This document shows positions 22,777 to 36,300 of a stretch of 64,000 bases of DNA, piece after piece. Under the pieces are notes generated by a model, which was given only the letters and a program-made list of their open reading frames with translations, did no database searches and was not told where the DNA came from. The position numbers and the translations under genes are program-made. The stretch is from Octopus sinensis (Eukaryota): contig NC_043000.1 of assembly GCF_006345805.1 (NCBI RefSeq), forward strand, positions 128,340,001-128,404,000, written 5' to 3'. Numbering within the stretch: the first letter of the stretch is position 1; each line of letters begins with the position of its first letter.

Positions 22777-25700
22777 ATACACTGTTTTTACATTTGTCTA
22801 TTTTCCTTTTAATATTTGCATTACATCAGTGAGCTTTAACGGTAAATTTTTAGGGCATTATATATGCTACATATGTAGGCTTAATTTTTTGGACCTTCAG
22901 TTCAAAAAACCTCTAGGCCATTCAGTCATTCCTGTAGCAATCTCAGTAAATAAAATCACACACGCACGTATGTATGTATATGTAGTGAACTACAGAGTAT
23001 ATTTATAGAATTATAAAATGGTAAGTTGGCAGAGTCATTAAAGTGTTGAATCAAATGCTTTGCAGTATATATTCCAACGATCTGAGTTCAAACCTCACAG
23101 TGCTCTAATATGACTTTCAGTCAAACAAGCATTGATAATCAAAATTTCAGCCAGTCTAGTATTGAGGTCAGTTTCTCTGTCTGTCTCTCTTGATGATGAT
23201 GGTGATATATTTATGAAATATATTTACCCATTTGTCTGTCTGAACATTTGAGGTGAAGAATAAAAAAAAAAAAACACTGTACAGGCTTTCATACTGACAG
23301 CCATATCAGAATCCAAACAAATGAAACAAATAAAAAGGGAGAAAAAGGATAAGAAAAATACAAAAGTGCCACTCATTCTCAGTATATCAGTTCCCAGTAG
23401 ACACTCACTGTAGGGTTTCATTGCCACATGTTTTTTAAGACATTGGAACATCCAAGGTAATTTAAAACATGACATGTTATTATCATCCCCAGAATAATAA
23501 ACAATTTCACATGCAGGTGAAATAGACTATATTCACTCACTATCAACAGCAATTACTTATAGGTCTAAATCTGTTGACCCATTCTTACACACACACCACA
23601 GGAGCGTATATACATACACACATTGTATGTCTATGTGAGTGTGTAAGGGGTTGGCAATAAGCAGAGAAAGCATTGGGTTGCAAGGTCCCTTTAGCTACGT
23701 CTTACTGACGACTATTCAATCTCTCTAGCACTGGTCCCACATGAAAATGCATGCAGTATACTCTGTAAAACAGTTAGCAACAGGAAGGGCATTCAACTAT
23801 TGAAACCAAGCCATATGACATATACAAGCACCAGTCTTTAGGAGCAGCAGCTCCCAGTAAGAAATGACCCAGATTGTCATGGTTTGTTCAACCCATGCCA
23901 GCATGGAAAGCAGAGACAAAATACTGCTGCCGCTGATGATGATGATAATGATATATGGGTTCATAAGACCAGTTTCCTGGATACTGTGGTGTATATATGA
24001 TTAATCCAGTCCACTGCAGCTAAGTGAACCAGAGCAACATGAAATTATGTGTTTTGCTGAAGAACAATGTATTGCCCTGTCCTGAAATTGAAGCCACAAT
24101 CTTATGATCATGAGTGTAATCCTCTAAGCACTAAGCAATGCATTTCCACCTGCTTAGTCATTGTTGGAGAACAGTTAGAGTATTGGACAAAATAACAAGC
24201 CAATGATGGAGCCTAAATGTGATTGCTTGACCTACTAGAAATAGCACCCATACCTTCTAAACCTCACACTCTACTGGTAATATGTTCCATGATACACTGT
24301 CTGAAAAGAAAATAGGAGGATGATCATGGCTACTCAGTCTTTGATTTTGTCTCCTGATTCAGATATGATTTAGAACCAAATAGTAAATGAAAAAATAAAA
24401 AAATGCTATATATAGGCATCTGTATTATAGCACTATGCAGCCTTGAAACACTGATATGATGGTGTTAGGAAGACCTTAAATATACACTGCTAACAGCAAC
24501 AAAATCATTCACAAAAACTGGAAATGAAAAGGAAAAACAGGGGATATGAAAGCAGAAAATGAAGTAGAGTTTTAGCTGAATTAACCACAACTCTAACATT
24601 AAACCTAACTATGCATGAAAGAAAAGCTACTATACACATGCATATGTGATGAGCATTATATACTTTTTCTTTTACTTCCTTCCAAGGCCATTTCAAGAAT
24701 GGAAGTTTGATTTTCTGTCAACTGAACTTGTGTCCTACTTAATATGTCTACTCTGAAAATGGCCCAGTCCACTTAGCTGTCAAGAACCTCTGCATGGTAG
24801 AAAAAACACCATTCACCATTGTAAACATTGGCAATTAACTATAGGAAAATCTACTTGTAGTAGATTAGATTCCTAATTTACAGTGAATAGATCACTGTAA
24901 GGGCAATGTACAGAATAGTTTTTGCATTTCTGTCTGGTATCATTAAAACCAAAGGTAAACAGGGATTTGTGAAAACACCAACATCCAGTTACAGCATACT
25001 GTGTAGGGGAGCAGTGTTATAATATACAATAGCAACAACAACGACAATAACAGGTTGATGTGTTGATTTCCATCCTGTTTTCTCTTTGGTAGATTTAAGA
25101 TCACTTTCCTCATGCATCAATACACTTCTAACACTAGACAACTGACATACCATCTCTCTCTGTTTCTTGTACTATTACTACAATGTCTCTTCCTCTGAAT
25201 AAGCAATCTGAGTATCAGCTGAACTTCCCCAAGATCACTCTTGCAACCCTGATACATTTTAAGTTTGATTTTCATCCACTACACAAGAGCCTGTGCAACT
25301 TATTTCATCCACTACGCAAGAGCCTGTACAATGAACTTTTACCTAGTTCTCTCTCTGCAGAATCACAACTATCAAAACCCATCTCTCTTCCTGCAGCTCT
25401 GCTCTTTTAGGCTAAAAATCAGACCAACCATAGATCTACCATTTTGGGGCCATGTCTATTACCCTTGTAATAGACATATTGCTTCTTCATCATCTTGCAA
25501 GGTAAGAAATTTGCTTAGGAAGGAATGAATTGATTATTTTAAACCTAGTACTATACTGAATTGATCTTGAAAGTTTGAAAAGCAAAGCTGAACTAGATGA
25601 GATTCAAAACCAAAATGTTAAAAGTCAGAACAAACAATGGGAGACATTTTTGTTTCACCAACCCACTGTTCTAATGGTTCTACCAATTCACTGTTCTAAT

Positions 25701-26204
25701 GGTTCTACCAATCCACTGCTATAATAAAACAATAATATGCTATAGGCATAAAGCCTAAATTTGTTGGTGAAGGGTCTAGTTGATTACATTAACCCCAGTA
25801 CTCAACTGGTACTTACTTTATCAACCTCCAAAATATGAAAGACACAATCAGTTTTGGTGGAATTTGAACTCAGAATTTAAAGCCGAAAGAAATGCTGTGA
25901 AGCACCACCATATCATCATTTAATGTCTGCCTTCCATGTTGGCATGGGTGGGATGATTTGACAAGAGCTGCTCAGGCAGAAGCCTGCACCAGACTTCTGT
26001 AGTTGTTTTGGCAGGATTTTTACAGGTGGATGCACTTCCTAACAACAACCACTCAGCAGAGTGGACTTAGTGCTTTTTATGTGGCACAAGCACAGGTGAG
26101 GTCAGTTTTGGCAAGGTTTTTAAAGCTGGATGCCCTTCCAAATGCCAACTACTTTACAATGTGGACTGGGTACTTTTAAGTGGCACCTGCACTGACAGGA
26201 TCAG

Positions 26205-26635
26205 TCACAAGGCCTGAAATTTTGGGAGAGGGGCTTAGTTGACCATATTGACCCTAGCGCTTGACTGGAACTAATTTTATTGACCCCACCACACAGATGA
26301 AAGGCAAAGTCGACCTCAACAGAATTTGAACTCAGAATGTAAAGATAGACAAAATGCCACTAAGCATTTTCCTTGCATGCTAATGATTCTGCCAGCTCAC
26401 CTTATGAAAAAAAAAATCCTTTCTAGTATAGCTACAAGGCCTGAAATTTGGGGGAGAGAGTAAGTCAAATTACATTGACCCCAGTACTCAATTGGTACCT
26501 ATTTTATTGACTCCAAAAGGATAAAAGGCAAAGTTGACCCCAATGGACTTTGAACTTGGAATGTAAAGATAGACAAAATACCACTTAGCATTTTGTTCCA
26601 TGTGCTAATGATTCTGCCAGATCAACACCTTATAA
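26205..26635 (-). repeat. Two tandem family-A SINE copies
   Basis: caaggcctgaaattt...atgaaaggcaaagtcgacc...gaatttgaactcagaatgtaaagatagacaaaat...gattctgccag occurs twice. Confidence 0.8.
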
Positions 26636-26932
26636 CAACAACAACAATAATAAGAAGAAGAATAGTGCTCATGGGAACTGCCCATATCCTATGTAAAATA
26701 CTGTCTATGTAATCCCTAATTTTAAAACAAACTTATAATTTTATGTTTTCTTAGACATTCTCTAGGACAATACTTTGTACAAAACCAGATATATGGCATC
26801 CTAGTCATAACACCAACTTGAACTTCTAACTTGTCTCTTGAGGTCTCTGGGTGAGATTTGGAGTTAACTTGTACAAATACAAAGTAAAAGTCAAACATAT
26901 AATAACAATAATAATAATGATATGTCTTGATA

Positions 26933-27415
26933 TACAAGATGGGCTACAGCAAATATTCTGCTCAATACCACAGATTTGTTTGTCTGTTGTTTGACCATAA
27001 CAAGTTGAGCATGTTCCTTAATGGCTGATGATATGTGCATCTCTGATCACAAACAGAAGTAGTGGGGGAGCATCATAGCCATGTGTTGGAAGGGATTCTT
27101 TGGCTTTTGAATAATTCACCTCTGGAAACATGGGTGTTTTGTTCATCATCCTTAAACAAACCTTATTCAGGGACCTTTTGAGCGGGATGGGCTACTTGAC
27201 CTGAAGAAAATTCTAACTGTGCCCCCACGTGCAAGGTCATGTGCTGTTCATATTGTAATAAGATCACTATGACATGCACATATGGTTGTGATGCATGTGC
27301 CTGATGTACCCTTATCAGACGGGTTGTCATGATGGGTATAAAGGGCTTCGTATATTTTACCCCAGTGTCAATTTCATGGCACGCACAGCTCTCTCACTCA
27401 ATAATAATAATAATA
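26933..27415 (+). mobile_element. Interspersed repeat ending in an (AAT)n tail, probably a non-LTR retroelement 3' end; family unassigned
   Basis: A relatively GC-balanced 480-bp block bounded by AAT-rich tracts and ending ..gcacagctctctcactc(aat)n. Only one copy is in the window, so its repetitive nature rests on recall. Confidence 0.45.
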
Positions 27416-30400
27416 TTTCTTTCTACTATAGAACCAAACCATGAAATTTTGTGGGAAGGGGGCTAGTTGATTAAATCAACCCCATTACTCAACTAAGACA
27501 CAAAGTTAGAAATTCGAAGGAATGGGTCAATCAAATAAATTACACCTAGTACTTGACTGCTACTTTATTTTATCACCCACAGAAAGATGAAATGTAAAAT
27601 CAACCTTGGTAGGATGTGAACACAGAACATTATAACAACAAAATGAAAAAAAGTACAAATAAGACTCAATTATTTGTCTCCTCTTAAAACACTTCCTTTT
27701 AAATGTCCCACCCTGCTCACACTCCACACACACCCATCCACCTAAATACACACACACACCTATGTTCATAAATAATGAACAGATATGTACATTATAGGTT
27801 GATATATGCCTATGAACATTTATCAATACATGTGTGCATATGGAGGAATGAATGAATGTGCATTTACCTACACACACATATTTATGCATGTATACATAAA
27901 TATAAAAAACATATATTGATATAAATATATATAATCACACACATGTATACTACACAAATACATTCATGCATGTATACATGTTTGTGTGTGTGTATATATA
28001 TGTGTATATATACATATATATATATAGATAGATAGATACATGTATGTATGTATGTATAATGGACATGTGTATGTAGCTGGAGACAACTGTCTGGTGTCGC
28101 AATAAATAATGAGCCACTATCATTAAAAGCTGTCTGTATAAGGATAGGCATCAAATCTGCCTAATTATGGAAAACAATCATTAAATTATACCAGGGAGGT
28201 TGGAGATGAGTGGAGAGTGACAGTAGAGGTGCTGGTGATGGTGGTGTTGGCAGAGTTGGTGCTAGATTGTTTAGTGTCCAACAATATAGACCTAAACTGT
28301 GGTATGTTAATCACCCACCCAGTCTAGAACCAACACAGAAACAAATGGTGTGGATGGGTGGGTGGATAATTGAAGGGGTATAGAATCCTGCTATTGTGAA
28401 ACACTAGGATGTGAAATTGGTAAAATTTAATAGATTATATGCTTTTGGGATATTTGTCTCCTGTCTCTCAGTATGTGTGTGTGTGTGTGATCATCATCAT
28501 CTCCTTAACATCTACTTTCTCATGGTTGCATGGTTGGACAGAATTTACTGAAGTAAATTTTCTACAACCAGATACCCTTCCTGTCACCAACCTTCACCTG
28601 TTTCTAAGGAAGATAATATTTCCCCATGATTTTGCTAAATACTGAAAATGAATGACACTGCTTATATGACAATGACACTCAAACTTACACATACTCACAC
28701 ACATGATAAGTTTGTGTCTATCACATTCACTCACAAGGTTGGTCCCAGGCTGTAGTAATAGACACTTTTTCAAGGTGCCATGGAGTGGGACTGAACCCAA
28801 AACCATGTGGTTGGGAAAAAACTTCTTAGCCACACGGTCACACCAGCACCTTAGTCAAATTCCAAGAGTCAGAAAGGGACAGACAATCATATATATTATT
28901 ATTTATAAAATATTATAGTCGCATGATAGCCAAATTACCAAATGGTTTCTTGCCAGAAATGGAGTGGTAAATCTAGTAATCATAAGAAATGGCTGAATGG
29001 AATAGTATGGCCTGGGCTCTTTGCCACTTGAAGCCACCTCAGGCCATGCTATTCCATTCCATGTTTATATGGTGTGCATATATGTACTTGTGTGTGTATG
29101 TGTGTGTACTAATAACAATGAGCAGACCTACAAATCAAAGGCATTTCATCCATGACCTTCATATTGATTTTTAGAGATATGTAGAATTATATTATCTAAT
29201 GTGCCCTTTACATACTCAAGACAAGAGGGTGTGATTTGAAGGAGAGTTTGCTATTTCTGGTAGATCTGTTGTTAGATATTTAATTGAAGGGTTGTTTGCA
29301 TAATCACGAGAGGATTTGTCCTAAATAAATCTATGTCCAATATACTGAGCTAATTCAGCAGCCTACATGCACCATGGGACATGGTGTAATTCTGAAAGGC
29401 TTGCAAAGAAACAAGTCTTCCAATTTTTGAAATATTTGATAAAATGTTATGTTCAGAAATGTGTTAGGCAATAAAGCCATAGGCACAAAGGCCACAGCAT
29501 GACAAAACATCTTATCTGTGGACAAAACACACTAAGGACGGATACAAACTCCTAAACTTTTGATCAGCAGTCAGATGTTTTGGCCAGCTGCAGCATTCAT
29601 GTATGCCTTCAAATTGAGAACAAATTTTCACATGACTTAGTAGTCTTATGCATGCTTCTTCTTCTAATTTTATGTGTAGCAACAGGGTAGCCTTGCTACA
29701 TTTCTAGATGTCTCATATTGCAAGTTAAACAGCTACTTTACCCACACTAACAAGTAGTTCTTCCCACTCCCACTTTTAACTACTTTTAAAACCTCAAACC
29801 CTCACCTCCATACTTGCATTCTTCTATCTTTATCGCCCTCCTTTACATTAAGGCTCTCTATACTGCTGAAGTAACAACAACTGTGTGTAAATATGTGTCG
29901 AGGAAAGTGTACATTCACACACACACACACACACACACATGTATATGGATACTTGTGTTCATTGTTGCACATCCTTTCACATTATGCACACAAACACACA
30001 TGTAAACAGCATGCATGTCTGTATATATGGTGTATATAAATAAATGCATATGGACAGGCGCACACAAAAGTGTTTCTGTTTGTGAGTATATGTATGCAAC
30101 AATTGTGTCTACATATTATTTTACACATACATAAAGTGTATACAGTATATAATATAAATGGGGATTCTTAGGGATGGTTTAAAATAGCTGTCCCTTATAT
30201 TCTTAGAGGAGTGTTCCCAATGAGACTTGCACCTCTTGTCATACAGACCTCCTGTGTTGGTACAGTGCTATTTTCAAACTGACACTGTGTCATGTACACT
30301 CACCAACCCACACATTTTACACATACTAACAGGTTAGTACTTTCCTTAGGCCAACTGCACTTTTGGATGTAACTCACAAATACATATGTGAGTGTGTGCA

Positions 30401-30950
30401 TGCAAGTAGATGTGTATGTGTATGTGATATTGTGAAGAGAAGAGAATGATGTATCTTGCTCTCGCATCTCCACTGTGCTGTTTGAGTCTTCTTTCCTCAG
30501 TTTCAGCAACTTGTTTTCAACTTCAACCTCTCAATCTGTCAGGTCTGCTACTTGTTTATACATACAAACAAACATATACTTATACATTATCACATATTTA
30601 CATACACTAACAAATCCATCTACCTAGCTATCTCTATAGGCTTTGTGTGTACACGTGTGTGTGTGTGTGTGTGAGTGACTGAGTGAGAGAGAGAAAGAGA
30701 GGGGTTGCTGCCTTGACCGGCTCCATCCAAATATGGTTGATGCCAGCCCCCTCTGGCCGGCCCCTGTGCCGGTGGCATGTAAAAAGCACCTACTACATTC
30801 TCGGAGTGGTTGGTGTTAGGAAAGGCATCGAGCTGTAGAAATACTGCCAGATCAGATTGGAGACTGGTGCAGCCCCCTGGCTTCCCAGACCCCAGTCAAA
30901 CTGTCCAACCCATGCTAGCATGGAAAACAGACATTAAACGATGATGATGT

Positions 30951-31355
<405 letters not shown>

Positions 31356-32281
31356 TAACTAGGCCACTGGTAATGGAAATTTCTAATATTTCTGATTACC
31401 CTTTGATATTTATATATATACACAGTAGGACAGAACCTGAAACCATGTGGTTAAGAAGTATGCTTAGTGATAATATTGTAAGCTTGATCTTACTGTGTAA
31501 CATCTTCAGGAATGTCTTCCACTACAGACATTCGGGTTCATTGATGAAGCCTTATCACCAAAATTTTGTAGACAAAAGCTATGCAGAAGCATTCATATAT
31601 GTATGCATGTATTGTATATATGCATTCTTTTATACTTTTCCTGATTGAAGTCAATGACTTTGTGACCAAACCAGAACAACACCTTCAATGGTTTTGAGTT
31701 GCTTACATCAAGCCCAGCACTTATTTGGATCTGGTGGTTATTTTATTGATCATAGAAAGGGGTTTAGACACAGTGTGTGTGTGTGTGTCTGAATGTGAGC
31801 ATGCATCACAGTGCTTTTTTGCAATTATCTTTGTATCTACATCTTGTTGTAAAGGAAATACTAGTCCAAAGTTGAAATTGTCCAGGTCTCTACTATGCGT
31901 GAAGCTTTTGTATTCATTGATTAATGAATTGCTTTATTGAAATATTCAAAAAGGCATCCAGCAGCAGAAACCATGTCAAAGCAGACATTAGAGCACAATG
32001 CAATCCTCAGACCAGTTGGATTTTGTCAAACTCCCTAACCCATCCCAACATGGAGTATGGACATCAAATGATAATTTTGACACCAAATAATGTTTTAGCG
32101 AAGGTACACATACACACACACACACTCACGTGTGTGTATGTACGTATGTATGTATGCATGCATGTATGTAGCTCAAATGTAACTAAGCAAGAACTTTTAC
32201 CAATATCACCAGACTTGGAAGTACCATGTTTTACTTTTTTGTTTTTGCTGTTTTAAGCAGGAGAGAGAGAGTGAAGAAAAC

Positions 32282-32322
<41 letters not shown>

Positions 32323-33179
32323 CCAGTCAGCAAAAGTGAAGGCAGGAGGCAGCAAGCAAGATGGTTTTCCTGTTTCAGTTTTTAACAAAAACCAAATATC
32401 CTACCCTCGCACCCCTTCCAAAACCCACCAATAACATCCATGTTGATTAGCTACTAATTCTTTCTCTGCACCCTGCCAGCCTCTTCCTGCCACCCTCTCT
32501 TACCCCTATGGCAGTAGATAGAGGGGAGAAAAGGGAGAAAATAGGTAAACAGCCAGACAGGCAAGCTGGGCTGTGGCAGCAGCAGCAGTGGGCCATATTG
32601 TTTTTAGGGCTGACATCCTGTTGATATTTCTAGAGGACATATTGCTACTAACAGCCTTATTCCACATAACTTTAGCTCTGGTTTCCTTATCCACCACAAC
32701 CTGGCAACAAACAAACGAACGAACCAACCAACCAACAAGCCAACCAACAAACCAGCCAGCCAACCAACCAACATCATATCAAGCCCAACAACTCTTGCTT
32801 TTTATTTTATATTTTCCTAATATTTAAACACCACCACCACCACCACTACTATGACAGAACCTGAAACCATGTGGTTAAGAAGTTTGCCTAGTGATCATAT
32901 TGTTGTGGGTTTGATCTCACTGTGTAACATCTTCAGGGATATCTTCCACTATAGTAGCAGCAGCAGCAGTAGCAGTAGTAGTAGTAGTAGTAAAGTACAC
33001 ACCACTTAATCTGGGTCTGCCTCTCTCAAGATATGTATATACATAGACATACATACATACACATAATCAATAATGGAATGACAAAAGAATAGGAGTTGTG
33101 TAGTCATTTTGCTGAGCTTACAGCTGTTTCTGTGACAAAGAATTAGACACCTAGTTTTCATTGCTAGTGTTACACTTTA

Positions 33180-33350
33180 TACACATGCGGGGCGCAGTTG
33201 GGAAAGACAGCAACTGCTCTGCTTGCAACAACCAAGGCCAAGCTGGTGGCTGAGATCAAGGAGGTATTCAAGGATCTTCCCAGGGACATGGTGAGGAATG
33301 CATGTGCCAGATTCCAGATTTGTTGGCCACGGTGGAAACTGGGGAGTAAA
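33180..33350 (+). pseudogene. Tc1/mariner-superfamily transposase C-terminal remnant
   Basis: With one frameshift it reads M(R)GAVGKDSNCSACN/TKAKLVAEIKEVFKDLPRDMVRNACARF. This resembles the post-'DYxVWG' helix ending 'AC..F..RLE.V' of DDD/E mariner-like transposases. Confidence 0.65.
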
Positions 33351-36300
33351 CTATTTATCTCCCAGACATAAATCTAGTTGATATTTTTTAAATGCTTTTC
33401 TTTTTGGATGGGATACTGAGTTTTATTTTCCTTCTATGCAAACTGTCAAATTTAGTCAGAACACCACTACAACCATCATCATTATTTAATGTCTGCTTTC
33501 CATGCTGACATGGGTTGGATAGTCTGACTGAAAACTGGTAAGCTGGTGGTGGTGGGGGGGATGTACACCAGGTTCTGATTTGATTTGGCAAGTTTTCTAC
33601 AGCTGGATGCCCCTCCTATTGCCAACCACTCCACGAGTGTAGTGGGTGTTTTTTACGTGTCACTGGCACGAGTGCCATTGACCCGACACCAATATTAGTC
33701 ATGACTACGGTCTCACTTGGCTTGATGGGTCTACACATGCATGGTATTTTGCCAAAGGTCTTGTCACTGCCTCCATAATATAAAACAAACACGAGATTAA
33801 AAGAAATAAGTCAGAGTGGGCAGTGGCATGTATTGGAACAATATAGATATAGGAAATACCATACAACATGAATTCTCGATTTATTAAAATTATCCCTGCC
33901 TCTAGAGGTTGTGTCTTAATTACCAAATGGCAATTATGACCAGCTTCAAATGAAAAAAATCAAGAATCCTTGGAAGATGACATGCTATCAAGGAAAAGTA
34001 CAGGCTTGTTTATTATCCTGAGATAAGAAGACATTCATGAATATGTTTCTGTCTCAATAAGTGTCATCAGCATGACAGTTGTCCCAACTCATTTTCACTA
34101 TATATCTTCTATTACTTGTTGAACGAATTGATTCCAGTACTTGTTTTTCTTTAAAGTCTGGTACTTGCATCACTCTTTTTTGTTAAACCACTAAATTAAA
34201 GGGATGTAAACAAACCAACATCAGTTGTCAGAATGGAGGCGAGCAAACACAGACACATGCATACACACATGACAGGCTTCCACACAGTTTCTGTCAACCA
34301 AATTTATTTGTAAGGCTATGCTCAGTCTGGAATTATAGTTGAAGACACTTGCTCAAGGTATCATGCAGTGGGACTGAACCCCAGTCAAACCATCCAAACA
34401 ATGCCAACATGGAATATGGCTGTTTAATGTTGATAATGATGATGATGATGGTGTGTGTGTGTGTGTATTAACCTGTAACAGCTAGTGTGTTTTTCACTTT
34501 CTCCAGCAAATTTCAAGAGTCCCAAACATGTGGTGAGAGGTGAGGAAGAAGGTGTAAAATGGGAGAAGAAAAGATGAGAATGTAAAGAGAAAGGGAATTT
34601 GCAAGAGGAAGAACGCCCCTTCAAATAATAATAATGATAAGTTCTTTTATTAGCCACAAGAGCATAAATGAGAGGATACCACTAGGACAGTCTACAATTT
34701 ATGTAGGGGTTTACAAGATGAAGAGAAAGAAACAGAAAAGACTGTGAAATAATAATAATAATAAAAATTGGTAAGGAATGTGGCAGGGAAGAGATTTGGA
34801 AGTAAAAGGTAAAAAAGAGGGATGAACTTCAGAGATAACATAAGACAAACCTTCTTTATAAAACAACAAACCTAACAAAACCAAAATAGAATAAAATAAA
34901 AATTCCCTTTAACCCACACAGGAAAAAGAAATGCAAAGTGAAAAGGAAGTCAAAATAGTATTCAGTGGTGGTAGTGGGGAAGTCACTAGTGTGTGGGTAG
35001 ACAGAAAGGTTTTGAGATGAGATGGTGATAGCACAAGAGTATGGATGAGGAGGGGTACAAGAGGGTGGAAGGAGGAGTAGAAAGTCATGAATGAATGAAT
35101 GATAGCCAATTTTTTTGTAGTTACTATTTGTGAGGTCTTGGTTAAAATTTAAACTAATTCTAGTGAGCATGTGTGGTATGTATATATGTACATACATACA
35201 TACATACATACACATATACAGACATAGACACATACATATATATAAACATACATATACATCAATATACACACCCGGAACAGCATTATATTAAAATAGATGT
35301 GTGTAAGATAATATATATATAAATGTAGAATGATACTAGCTGTAATATTTTGTCTGAAAGAAACTTCTCTTAAAAAACTTTAATGTATGAAAAACACAGA
35401 GCTTACTGAAAATCTCATTGGCAGATCATCAGACACTGGTGTTTCAACCAGATTTTGTCTCATCAGTGACTACATCTCCAGACATTCTAAACTAAGTTGA
35501 AATTTTTGTTCTGATATAGAAACCAGCAAACAAAACATTCATTGATTTGTGAGAAACTTGGGCAGGCCAATCATAAATCAATATATACACTTGAACTGTT
35601 TCATTAGATTAAAATAATGATGTGCATAACATTTATAATGTATAAACAAACAGAACAACACTAGTTGTAATATTTTGTTCTAGAGAAACTTCTCTTGAGA
35701 GTGGAGCAATGCTCATGTTTATTCAATCTCATCTTAATTCATCCAAACATGAGGCAAAACCATCTAAAGAGGTTAATAAAAGATCTAAAATTAATGGAAA
35801 ACATGTCAGAAAGTTATAGGAAATGTATAAGTAAATAGAGATAGATTTAAAAAAAAACCCCAAGATTATGAAGATGAAAATGGCCAGTATTGGGACAAAG
35901 GATTTCAGTGGATGGTGACACAAAAGTCCTTAGGTGAAGTGAAATCCTGGTGGTTGTGAGATATTGATAGCAATTCAAGCTATGTTAGCATAGAAACAAA
36001 AATGGCAATAAAATGACAACAATAATTAGATATATTGACGATAAACAACGAAATCACTCCCACTACGTTGTGGTCATTGAAGTTTGTTATACTTCTTTTG
36101 TGAAAAGCAGAGTCATAAGCAGTGCTTTTCAAGAATTTGTAGTTCAGTGGCCCCTTTCATTGTGCTAATGCAGGGAAACATATTATGAGAGGAAAACAGT
36201 TTTGACATAAAAGTACTTATTCCTGGTGTAGGGATACACATATTGTGAGAAGTTTTAGCATAAAAGTACTTGTTCATAAAAAACATCATGAAATAAGGGC

